Shown one piece after another: positions 24,778-36,500 of a stretch of DNA of 64,000 nt; positions within the stretch are counted from its first letter, which is position 1, and each line of letters opens with the position of its first letter. Where the stretch lies: contig NW_021832124.1 in assembly GCF_006345805.1 (NCBI RefSeq), forward strand, positions 1-64,000, given 5' to 3'. Position numbers and translations under genes: made by a program. Under the pieces are notes generated by a model, which did no database searches, had not been told where the DNA came from, and saw only the letters and a program-made list of their open reading frames with translations. Source of the stretch: Octopus sinensis (lineage: Eukaryota).

Positions 24778-27010
24778 GGGTGTGTTACAACAAATCAAGA
24801 TGGAAAATGTCTTGTAAAGTGGATGAAATCAGGAGAACTGAAAATATTGACGTCGGCAGAAATAAATCACTATGCAACTTATAGTGGTGATAGACTTGGA
24901 CTGTTCATAATGCCTCAAAAGTTGAGTGAAATGTGCAATCCTCCATATATTGAAAATGACGTAGGAAGTGATCACATTCCACAAACGATTGAATTAAGAA
25001 CTGGCCCGGTTCACACACAGCACATATTCGTTGGATATGATATTGGTAGAATTGATTGGAATCACTTCAATTTTTTCATCAGAATGAAACTTGGTGGTAT
25101 AGATTCTTTGAGGATTTCGAAACCGAAAGATATCGATAACCTGGATAACAAATTAAGATGGTTCCCGATGATCCAACGCATATCAATAGCCATCTTGCGT
25201 GGGAATTGCCATTCCATCTTATCCTCTGCTGCTAATTAAATACTAAATAACAGATTTTTTTAAACTAATCTTAATAATAAAATGGTATGGAGTTAATAAA
25301 GAGGAAGATAATGGATGTTGTAAAGAAGAATGAAGAAAAAATATGGAAAAGGGAATGTTCAAAGCTACATCGAAAGAATCCAAAATTTTGGAAACTATTT
25401 GCAAGAATGGTTTCGCCAAGTAATAAAAAAGAAGAAATTTCTCTGAAATCAGATGATGGTTTTACTATTCCGAAGGAAGAAATACCGGATATATTACGCA
25501 AACAATTGTCCAGAATTCAAGAGACTGATCCAGCCACCTTTATTCCACAAGAAGTGCAAAATACAAGAAGTAATTATAAAGAAACGTCAAAACTGAATAG
25601 TCCCTTGTGTCAACCTATAACACAAGAAGAAATAAATACTGCGATAAAAGGTTGCAGAAATAAAGCACCAGGATGGGATTTCATCCCAATGAGTATTTTC
25701 AAGAATGGGGACCAGACGTTAGTTGGATTACTAAATATATTGTACAATTCTTCGTGGAGTTTTGGACATGTTCCGTCGACCTGGAAACGAACAATTGTAC
25801 GTATGGTCGTGAAAAAAGGAAAGCCTAAGTCAAAAGCAGATAGCTATAGGCCAATTAGCTTAATCTGCTCAATTTCGAAAATTATGGAGAAAATTGTTTT
25901 CAATCGTCTCTCAAGGCTTGTTGAGGATAATAATTTTCTCTCTGACAATCAATTGGGTTTTTGACATAAAAAAGGGACTGGAGATTGTCTCAGAGAGCTA
26001 AGATCTGCAATTGATAGTTCGAGGAGAAAAAAAGAATTTCTTACAATAGCGTGCTTGGATATAACGAAGGCCTTTGACAGTGTTTGGCACTACGGACTTC
26101 TTGATACGTTATCAAAAGCAGGAATTGGGAGAACCGCATTATTATGGATAGAAAACTTTCTTTCAAGAAGGAGGTCGTATATACGTGTTGGAAATTTAAT
26201 TTCTAAGAAAATTGAATTACGAAGAGGGGTTCCGCAGGGATCAATTCTCAGCCCGCTACTCTTCAATTGTGTAATGAGTGAGTTACCAAAAACTGAGAGC
26301 ATAAATAGTCGTATGATTATTTATGCTGATGACATTCTTGTAAAAGGGTAGAAACCCATATAAAAAACATTGGGAGGTGGTGCCAAAACAATGGGTTGAC
26401 TCTGTCAAGAGAAAAATCAACAGTCACATGGATTGCAAGTAAAAGAACAAATATCAATGAATATGTAAATACAGGAGATATAAAAAACTCTGGAAAATTG
26501 GAGTATCTCGGAGTATCGATAGATCGAAGAGGATCTTTTAAAGATCATATCAAAACACGAAGAGAGAAAGCTACAGGAATGTTGAAATCCTTAACTCGAT
26601 TTCATTTGGAGCCTGAAACTTTCCTTTTTGTGTATTCTACATGTATTGAGCCATTCTTGATATATGGCTATCAAGGATGGTATAGGTCCGAAGAAAGTAG
26701 CACTTTTGTGAAAAAGTTGGAAAAGACCAGAAGATTTGCTATTAAATTGGCATTTGGATTGAACTTAAATTCAAAAATCGAAGATGCTTATGACGCTAAA
26801 GTCAAAAGGATAGAAGATTTGTTACGTCACTTATGGAAATTATGATGTAATTTTTTGGGTATATGCAAAGAAGAGACATGTGGTGTCTCATAAAATGACC
26901 CTATACAATGAAATCAAACCCACGTTAATTAGTTTCTTGTTCTGCTCTTGGCTTTCTCCCTAACTTTAATTTATGGGTTTGTTGGGAAATAAAACTTGTC
27001 TTGTCTTGTT
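24778..27010 (+). mobile_element. APE-type LINE (I/Jockey group), 5'-truncated inside the endonuclease, several stops
   Basis: GSDHIP; NKAPGWDFI; YRPISLIC; DITKAFDSV; RGVPQGSILSPLLFN; IYADDI; (CTTGT)n tail; flanking repeat ttatagcacttc at 24766-24777 and 27009-27020. Confidence 0.93.
25163..25281 (+). mobile_element. CRE-like 3' tip nested in the LINE
   Basis: IQRISIAILRGNCHSILSS* followed by an AT-rich tail; possible 5-nt TSD atggt at 25158-25162 and 25282-25286. Confidence 0.6.
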
Positions 27011-27229
27011 ATAGCACTTCTGATTCTTAGATGTAAGACTGGTTTCCGAGTTAGTGTACAATCTGTAAATAAAAATGTGAAGGAGTATAATTCAGAAAAA
27101 TAGGGTTTCTTTCGGAAATAATGTGATTATTGTGAGACTTTTCTATTGATGCTCAAATATCCAAGAATTTCTTAAATGAATATATTCTTACAAGTCAAAA
27201 ACTTATTCAAATCTGAACTATTATTAATT

Positions 27230-27430
27230 AAATTTTCGTGCAAAATGATGATATGGGAATATCGAAACAGTGGATTATTTTTTTTAAAGACAAACTTATT
27301 GTTAATAAACGAAAAGAGTTAAAATGCGCAGCGAATCGACTGGCAATTCCCGCGCATGATGGCCAATGAGATCCTTTGAAAGAGTCTGATCGACTCGTTG
27401 GGATCTTTCGTGGCAACCACGAGTGGATTA
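27230..27430 (-). mobile_element. CRE-like 3' tip
   Basis: ATKDPNESIRLFQRISLAIMRGNCQSI* followed by an AT-rich tail. Confidence 0.6.
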
Positions 27431-27677
27431 TTTATAATTTATTTTTTGCTTTTGTTTCCAACAAGATATTTTTGCGAACAAGTATGTTCAAATTAAAATC
27501 AAACCAAATGTTGAGAATCGGTTGTGTTTTTTGTCGACAAATCCAAACCCACCAGTCATTAATCGAATAATTTTTTTCTTAATTTTTTAAAAATAGATAA
27601 TTAATACACAAAAAAAAGTTAGAGAAACTGTTCTTAACAAAAATAAAAGAATGAAAATTAAAATTACAAGTAATTAA

Positions 27678-30591
27678 TTATTGATCTGCAGACTGTTGTT
27701 TAGAGGAAACCGACCCAGTAGAATAAGGTGTCAGGGGAGAGTCTTGAGCAAATAGTAGATGAGCTACAACAATATTACAAAACACAAACATGGAGTATCT
27801 AATGGGGACTGCCAATTAATTCTCCCAAATGTACCAGGACTCGACTGAACTCTACAATTTAATATACACAGCCAATACGAATTAGACATGCCCTCCTCCA
27901 TCAAATGATGAGGGGTTGCTCCTCCCTCTGTCTCTATCATCGGTGTTTGTGGGTAAGATGGTGTCTGCGGATATGACGGAGTCTGCGGATAGGAAGGGGT
28001 CTGCGGATATAAAGGAGTCCTTCCCCCCACAGCGACAGGAGTATTGCTCACAGTGGGAGTAATCGACAACGTTTTGCCTTCTTGTGTGGACAAATCATAG
28101 GAGTTGTCATTAGTGGCACGAATGGCCATTAAATTGCCACGATCCACATTGATAGTACGACAACTACAATGAAGCTCAACTTGTGCTGTCTTTTCAGTCG
28201 CGTCCTTAATGATACCAATATTCCCTTTCAGTGGTCCTTTAATGATCATGACGGCATTCCCAATGAGACGACGATCCCTCACATTCCTCTGAGACCCCAC
28301 TTTGGTAGATGCGGTGGCGTAGTGCATTGGCGAGGCCATCGGGAATGGAGACCCAAAACCACCCAGTTTACCCTCGACTGCATTCCTCCGTGACTCACTG
28401 TCCAACCCCCGACTAACACTCACTACTAACCATGCGACGCAGATTCCGTCCAACCACCACAAATATCCCAGAATTATGTCGCAGACTGGATGACTTGACA
28501 AACACATAATTCTTGTATATATATGTCACTGTTCCCGTCTCATTCTACTGATTACGTAATATACTTACATCCAATGGCCCTTTGATGACTTTGACAGAAC
28601 TGGCCACTGTTATTGCCTGGTTATCCGAATCCAAAGTCACTGCATTGGCACTCACTTTCCTCACTGTTATCGAATTATTCTTTTTCTTAACAATCTAAAA
28701 TAACCTCTGAAAATCCACCTTTCCGAACTGATTAAGAATCACAAAGTTTTGACGTTCCAGTCGAGTTATAACCCCCACAACCTGCGGTCTACCAATAAAA
28801 CACTCAATTGTACTCGATTTGAACCAATTCCCCAATTTTGAACATCCCTGAACTGAGGACTCCCCCACTACTCTCACTACTCAACTGAATCTCATTCAAC
28901 GATGTCTCCAACTGACATTATACAACCCAAAACCTCCCGTTGAGTCGAGTCTGATAGGATAAACACATTTCGTCCATCCACATGCAACACAATGCCAGTA
29001 TCCCCCACAAAATCCCCTCGAATGACCTTCACTGAGTCTCCAATCTTGATTAGTTTGCTCAGTTCTGATATATGCACTTCCACTGTCTTGTCCTGGTATG
29101 TCAAAACAGTCAAAATCACGGTCAGTTCTCCGTGCATGGTCTCCAGGAGGACTGTCTGGTCGGTGATACTGCGGACACGACCTTCCAGTCCATACAAGTC
29201 CCCTTTTATTGCCACCACCAAATCTCCCTCGTTAAAAATATTGGACGACTCGGAAAATGTATTTTCTACAATAACAAAATGCCACTACCCGACAAATCCT
29301 CAAATCTGGCCAATTCCTCAGCTGATGGAGTAATCCCTCCAGAAATCTGCAAACTAGACATGCAGACACCAACAATAGCATTTATTTGAAACACTTTGTA
29401 GAGAAAGCCTGATTTGGAATAATGGTTGTTCTGATATACATAAAAATCCTCATTTGTGGTGACTACTCCCCCCGAATCACTAACAATCCCAATCATTGCC
29501 TTACCGAATTTCATCCACCGAAAACAAACTCTGTCCTACCCTTCTTTTAACATCCTATATAATACAACACGCGAACTTACTGGCTGACTTCTCTTCCAGA
29601 ATTGACCCTTCCCATGTCAATTCTCGGGACCAGAATTAGACAGACCTGGTTCTCCGCTTGCTTGACGCTGTGAACCTGGAAATGAGAATATTGGATTACC
29701 TTCCCCAGATCGTCCTTATATAGTCCAGAACGGACTCTCACCCACGTGCCTGGCTTTAGTTCTGAGTCTCGAATTGTCTTGAGGACATCCGGCATCTCCT
29801 TGACTGGGACCATTTGCGCGGGCTTTGCTGCTTTGAGGTTGCCGATTCCTTCAATTGCCTGCTTTGTATGGGCTTGTTTGTAGGCCTCGATGTATATGTA
29901 GCCTTTTAGTGAGTCCCTCGTGATCACCGACTTGATCATCAGACTCTGCCAGTCAAAAAACGTGGCTACATTCTCTTTGTCTTGGAGGGATATAAATTTC
30001 CTCATTAATTGGAGAGCAGTGATCCTTTCCTCTCCAATCCGGCATTTTACCAACCACAAATTTGGATCTCTTTAAAATTTATTAATAAATAAAAATATTA
30101 TTTAATTTAATAAATAATATAATAATATACTTTACACTCGGAAGTAATTTTTGTTGGGCAATTTCCAGGGTCATTGTATCCCCTTCGCCATAACGATCTC
30201 CAATATCCGATTTGTGGTACAACTGACTGTAATAATCTTCAATTTCCTGCCTTCGGGCTTCACTGAAGATTTGAGGTGATGGAATAACCTGTAATATTTT
30301 TGTCGGTCATCAAATCTTCCGAGCTGTCGATTGACTGCGGAGTAGTCCACACCTGCATTTATATCGACATCTGAGTCAATCAAGTCTTCGTCTGATTGTC
30401 GGCTGTCTTCTTCTGACTGTTCGTCCTCGTCGTCGACTTCTATTGGAAGGTTGGGTTATGTGGGTATAACCGGCCTCATCGAGTATAAAGTCGTTGTAGT
30501 AAGGTCTTTTTCGTTTTTTGGTATTTTCTGAACGATAATCTTTCTTTGACTATATTTGGTTGAGTATTTTAAAAAGAAATACGTAGCTCAT
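27678..30591 (-). CDS. SUPT5H: Transcription elongation factor SPT5
   Basis: DFILDEAEVDD acidic N-terminus; NGN (LWLVKCRIGEE, KGYIYIEA); KOW repeats; KOW5 (IIKGPLKGNIGIIKDATE); TP-rich CTR. ATG at 30591; introns e.g. 30440-30470, 29946-29969, 29676-29699. Last exon and stop less certain. Confidence 0.95.
27942..28019 (-). repeat. Coding 18-nt tandem repeat: SPT5 CTR hexapeptide TP[L/S]YPQ x4
   Basis: Translates to TPLYPQ TPSYPQ TPSYPQ TPSYPQ TP. Confidence 0.9.
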
Positions 30592-31181
30592 TTAATTGAC
30601 ACACAACAACAAAGTTATTGGTAATAATTTATTATAATTTTACAATTAATTGTTAAGTATTTATTAAAGTTTTAAAAAAAAACTATTATTAAAAAAATAG
30701 ATTAATATTTTGTAATTTTAAATACACAATATATCTCGATATAGAAAAATTTTAATTGAAAATTTTTAAACTTATTAAATAAATATTAAAATTTTTTTTA
30801 TTAATAAATTATTCTAAAAATTATTATTTTGAAAATTAAAACAGTATTAAAATAATAGTCTCCACCAGTCAATAATTTATATCTCCCCATGATATTTGTC
30901 TGCCACATAAAATTCTCATGAAAATGTACTTCAAAAAATCAAAATAATAATTAATTAATTCTTCATAAAAATTTATTAAAAACAAATTATTTACTTGAAA
31001 AATATTTTCTGAATTTATGAACTTTTTATTTTCTACTTTATTGAATTTGAAAATATTATAAATTTATATTTATTTAAAAATTTTTGTAAATTAATTTTTT
31101 GTTTTTTATTGGCAACCCAATTAAGAAAATTATAACATTATTTTTTTACTTATTTGTTTTTAGATTTCACCTGCTCAAAAA

Positions 31182-32006
31182 ATGTCGCAGGAATCAAAAC
31201 CAAGAAGATTATCTGCCGAATATATCTGCAATGAATTCTACAAGAGTTTAAGCTCAACTGAAATAAAAATACAAACACACGTGCCTATGAAATGTCGCAA
31301 TCTCCCTGCCTCCCTTTTCATCGAACCTCAAAAACCACATCTAATCATTCCCAATGCATGCCCCGGACATTTAAGCTCATCTGACATTGAGACTTGGCAT
31401 AGTCGAGCCCACTCAATGCCAACTGATCACAAAATTTATGAAGATAACTTATTTACTCATAGCTACGACCAATCTCATGAGCTCTCATCTCTCAGGTCTG
31501 TTTATAGAAATACTATTTTGTGGCATTTCTGTGGTGGGAATGCGCTCGATTGCACTTGACCCATAAAACGGGTCACCTTTTGTTATAAACCAATCAATTT
31601 TGTAGAGATGATGAATTTTATTCCGATTCTTATTACCAGTGGGAGTCCCATCCTTGTAATTTTTATCATGAGACCTTCAGATCAGATGACGGGGGTATAT
31701 GACCCAATGATCTACCCTTCCCAAGAAGATTTTTTAGTCACTGACTTTGAAGTGCCTTATTCTTCCCAAAAACCATTTTCTGTACAAATTATCCATTCAC
31801 GTTAGGTTCCTGGAGACGATGAAATGTTTGACTCTATAGATGACTACAGTACATCTATATCCTTTATTTATATAGATTTATATGGTCTGGTCAACCACAC
31901 TGAGTTTCCACCTTCAAGGCCAACGGTACTTTGAATGTGATTTTAATTTTAGTGGCCGACTGAGGATGAATCGGGGGATATGAGTGACTTTTTACAAAAT
32001 GTTTGA
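31182..32006 (+). CDS. YAP1-like: Minimal YAP/Yorkie-like Hippo effector
   Basis: VPMKCRNLPASLF (cf. TEAD-binding PMRLRKLPDSFF), HSRAHSMP (LATS HxRxxS site), HSYD, later HETFRSDDG (degron-like), EDFL, acidic tail ending TGA 32004-32006. Frame break near 31530. Confidence 0.68.
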
Positions 32007-33599
32007 CTAATAATTTTAATTTGTACATTTTTACTTTTGTTTAAAACGATCTACGGCATCAAAATATTATAATTTTCCACTCATGTAGTAATAAAAATTT
32101 ATTATTTTTGGTTTATTTAGCATTTGAAATCATTTAATTTCTTTTTGACTATCTTTTTATCATTTTATTTGTTGTGGTCTGCCACAACTTTAACTATCTG
32201 TCATAGTATGATGTATCTATGGAGATGATTCGTTACGTCATTAAAATAGCCAACGTCACAAATATACAGATCTTTAAAAATTTGTATGTCCAATCTTTAA
32301 AAATTTTCCTAAAATTGTTGTAAATATTTATCTATCATCATTTAAACTTAGCGACTTTGCAAAAAACGTTTGTATTTGTGGATAAGTTCTTTTTGGCAGA
32401 TTTTTATAACAATAGTTTTTAAAGCAAATATTCTTTCATTTTTGATATTTTAAAAATAGTTATATTCTTATTATATTTATGGGAAGCTTTATTTGTAATA
32501 ATTTTTAATTTCCCATAATTTTGATAAACAAGTTTGATTTACCAGGGTTCTGAAATAAAAACCGATTTATGATTATAAATGTGATAACTTATCTCAAAAA
32601 CCGACAAAATTTACTAGAAATTTCAACAAACTGTGTTTTACTCAAAGAATGCATATTCAATTAGAAAAGATACATTTCGCATTCTTTAAAAACTAGTTCA
32701 TCAAATATTCTGTAAAGAAAGCATGCACTGCCTGGAATATTAATATAACTTGATCAACCCAACTTATTCACTTTTTACTTATTTTAAATAAATATAAACA
32801 GAAATCAAAGATGATTTAGAAAACAAAAAAGCTTTGCGGTTGACTTTTAGCCAAGAGTGGTTCTGAAAATTCATCAGTTTTAGGTTTACATTTTACGAAT
32901 AGATTTTGAGACATTTAAAAGGTTATAAAAGCATTGCCTATTTAATTTCTAAGATGTCAAAGCAAGTCACCACGTCGAATAACAGTAGCCTAGTGATAGA
33001 TCTTTGTGGAATGGCCATGCCAAGGTTAATACATTCATCGTTGTGCCTAGCGTAACCAACAAATGATCTCAAAAGAATCTTCCAACCAATCAAAAATCTC
33101 TGTCAATCTACAGTTAAAGACTAAAAAATAAAAATTCTAGATGAGATCAAATTTAGTTCATTTATTAAATGTTTGCAACCGCAATAAAAAAACTGGGAAA
33201 ATATATAAGTTTCTTCTTAATCTTAACGACATAATCAATGAAAAAAATATTGAATTTTTTAAGCTAAACAAAAACGCTGCCTACTTCCATTAATAGCACA
33301 CCCAAATAACTTTAAAGCCATGCAAAGAACAATTTATACAAAAGGCATCGGCAAATAAAAAAGATTAACAGTTTTAAATTAACAATGAATGGTTTCTGGA
33401 TTAATAATTACTTATCATGAAAACTGTTAAATAATACCCATCTACTTTTTGTCTACTACTAGCATTTTTCTAATAAAAATAATATCTTACTAACTTTTAA
33501 TTGTTTTTAAATACAAATAAGTAGCCAAATATTCATTTTGGTGATAAAAAATTCAATAAAAATTATAATTTTATTTTTTATAAACCATAAAATAAAAAA

Positions 33600-36500
33600 A
33601 TGTTCCTAAGGTTACGAATTTTAACATTTTGAAATTTGACTAGTCGCTCATCTGAAATGTTGCATTTTGAGAGCGAGCATATTCCGTCTGAACACAAAAA
33701 AAACTTTGCTCCAAAAAACCCTACAATAAAGAAACCAATAGAGAACCAGCGAGTAAACATTAACTCGAGAAAATCTGTTTAGCTGTTGCCATCTGATTAT
33801 ATGAAAACCAATCTAATGAACACAGAGGAGAGACTAAACAACACAAAAACCATGTATTATCCAAAAATCGTCGAATTACTCGACATGTCGGAAACATCTT
33901 GGCAGCGAGTTTTATTCAAAAATGATTTAATATTAAGTTTTCTTCTGTCCCAATTGGAATTCCACTTTTCCAACCATTTCCTTCAGAAATATTTTTCCAA
34001 CGATATGAGCCAAACGAGACTTATAAAATCCCCCTCACATTGAGAAACAATGATAAGGTATAAATTTAATTTCAATTTCAGGTCCCCCGTTTAATCAGAG
34101 TGACACAAGTGGAAAGTCCTTATTTTAAAATAATCAGTCCAAATGACTCAAACATCAAAGTCGGTCCCGGACTTCCCATAACCTTCAAGATATTATTTAC
34201 TCCTGAAGAACACAAAGTATGAATTTGACGATTATTTATAGGATTATGTCCACGAATTGATTTGTATTACAGAAAGAGAGAAGTTTGTGATTCCAGTGAA
34301 AGGGATCGGAGCGCGCCCGATATTGGATTTTCCTGATAAGATTGAATTTAAAGATTGTTTGGTTAACTCTGTCACCAAAAGAGATATTTTTGTAAGGAAC
34401 ATTGGCGATTTCGAAGCACAATTTTCGCTTTCAACAATCAGGTTGATTTTTAATCGATTTTCAGTCCATTTTCTGTTTTTCCAAAAACAGGAATCGTTCC
34501 TTTGGGAGGTAATATTCAAATAACAATTTCTTTCAACCCGACAAAATGTACAAAATACAATCATGATTTGATTTTACATTACAATACTGGTTGTTATAAA
34601 TCTATAATTACTATTAGGCGAAGAACTTTATATTAAGATGGAAGGAAAGGCAAAAAATGGAGGAATTATGTTAAAAGAAGATTCCATTTATATTGACCAG
34701 ACTTTTATTACACTTACAAACGATTACGTCATTAAGATAGTAAATAACACAAATATCATCGCACATTTTTACTGGAGCGAATTTAGATCTGCTTTGGAAG
34801 AAAACACAATGAAAAAACAGTAAAAACAAGGCCATTTTTAACTTAAAAGATTATGCGATTCTTTTTCCGAAAAAGAACCAGAAGGCATAGATTTTAGCTC
34901 CCAAGTCGACTCTACGTTGTGTAAAGAAGAATGGACATTACTCAAAAGAAAAAACTCGAATAGAAAACATGTTGATTTTTAATAACATTTTTAGTCTATT
35001 TTTGAACATAAACTTTTATTTGAAGATAAAAATTTTCAGTTATTTCCTCTTGAAGGAGATGTTTGGCCATATTCTGAAACAGAAATTATTTTGACATTTT
35101 GTCCAGATGAAGCCATTAAATACCAAAAAATTATATTTTGTAGCATCGAAGGATTGGAAAATAGACTTCCGCTCGAAATCACCGGAGAAGGAATTGGTCC
35201 GAAAATCATCCTTTCCTTTGATTCATTAAATATCGGAAATGTTTTCATTAACTCTAAACATTCGTATGAAGTTTATTGTATTTTTTAAATTTAACAGATT
35301 GTTCTATCAAACCGGACTGACATTCCTGCTAGTTTTTCTATTGATCACTCGAATTCTGAAATTAGCGAAAAGTTTTCACTGTATCCTATTTCCGGAGAAG
35401 TAGCGGCTGATGGCTATCAGGCTGTTCGAATTAATTTTTCTGCGGATAAAATAATGAATTTTTATCAGCAATTTAAAGTAAAAATTAACGGAGTTCGCGA
35501 AAAACTTGACTTTAACATAAAGTAATTACTATTTGATCATTCTCGATGCAGCGGTTCAGTGATTGGACCCACGTTTCAGTTCGATAAGAAATCCATCAAT
35601 TTTGGGCACGTGGCTTTTGGGTTTGTTACCTTTGTGGAATGTACACTTTCAAATACTGCTTTGATTCCAATGAATTTCCACCTACGCATTAAAAAAAACG
35701 GCGACGTCGATCCTATAAATTGCGAAATAGAAGACTGTTTTGAAAAATTAGAGGAACGAGAATTTGATCAATCTTTAAAAGAGTTTGCTGTTTATCCAAA
35801 TTGTGGTCAAATTATGGCAAAAGAAAAATGCAAAATAAAGGTTTTTAATTTATGATTTTCTTATTTTTTAGATTCGTTTATTGCCTAATATATTAAAATC
35901 ATATGAAAACGGACTTATCATGGATGTTGACGAAATCGGCGAAAATGTTTATGAACTCCCTATTTTTGCGACGTAAGATATTATTTTTCAACTTTAGCTG
36001 CATTGAACCGAATGTTTCGTTGGTAAACGAACAAATAAATTTTTCAAGATGTTTCCTAGACCACAACAGCCTTGGATATCTCGGAATTTTGAATGATTCC
36101 AGTTTTCCTGTAGCATATCGTTTGAGAGAGCAAACTATCGACGAAAACACGACAATAATATACAAAAGTCCAGAGCCTTTTGGCAGAGTCGAAGCCAATT
36201 CAAAATTAGATTTGAAATTAATAATATTCCCTCAACAGACTGGCCATTCAGAAATTGAAATTTTTGTTGATTTTTTTGAATATCCGATAAGGAGCCTGGT
36301 AGTTCATATTTTCATGATATTTCATTAGAAAGCAAATGTCCAGTGCTTTGGAGAAGGTCCCGTGATACATGTAACCCCAACCACCATTAATTTTGGAAAT
36401 ATTCGCGTTCTAAGGGAAGTTTCGAAACCATTAGTCCTATCAAACCAGTCTCCAATTCCTGCGGAATTTTCTATTTCGCTTGTATGATATTTTTTGAAAT

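Noticed and set aside
24529-27010. LTR retrotransposon with ~240-nt LTRs
   Set aside because: The interior is APE plus non-LTR RT; there are no TG..CA ends, PBS, gag or integrase; the repeat is the LINE 3' end with its tail and separate TSDs.
31150-31182. Strong TTTTTAG acceptor just upstream of the YAP-like ATG as a trans-splice site
   Set aside because: A single instance; not seen consistently before other start codons, and it could be a 5' UTR intron.
32540-33120. Possible hAT remnant (CAGGGTTC near 32542; LLLFDVVT-like peptide on the minus strand)
   Set aside because: Similarity is too short and interrupted by stops, and no matching second TIR was found.
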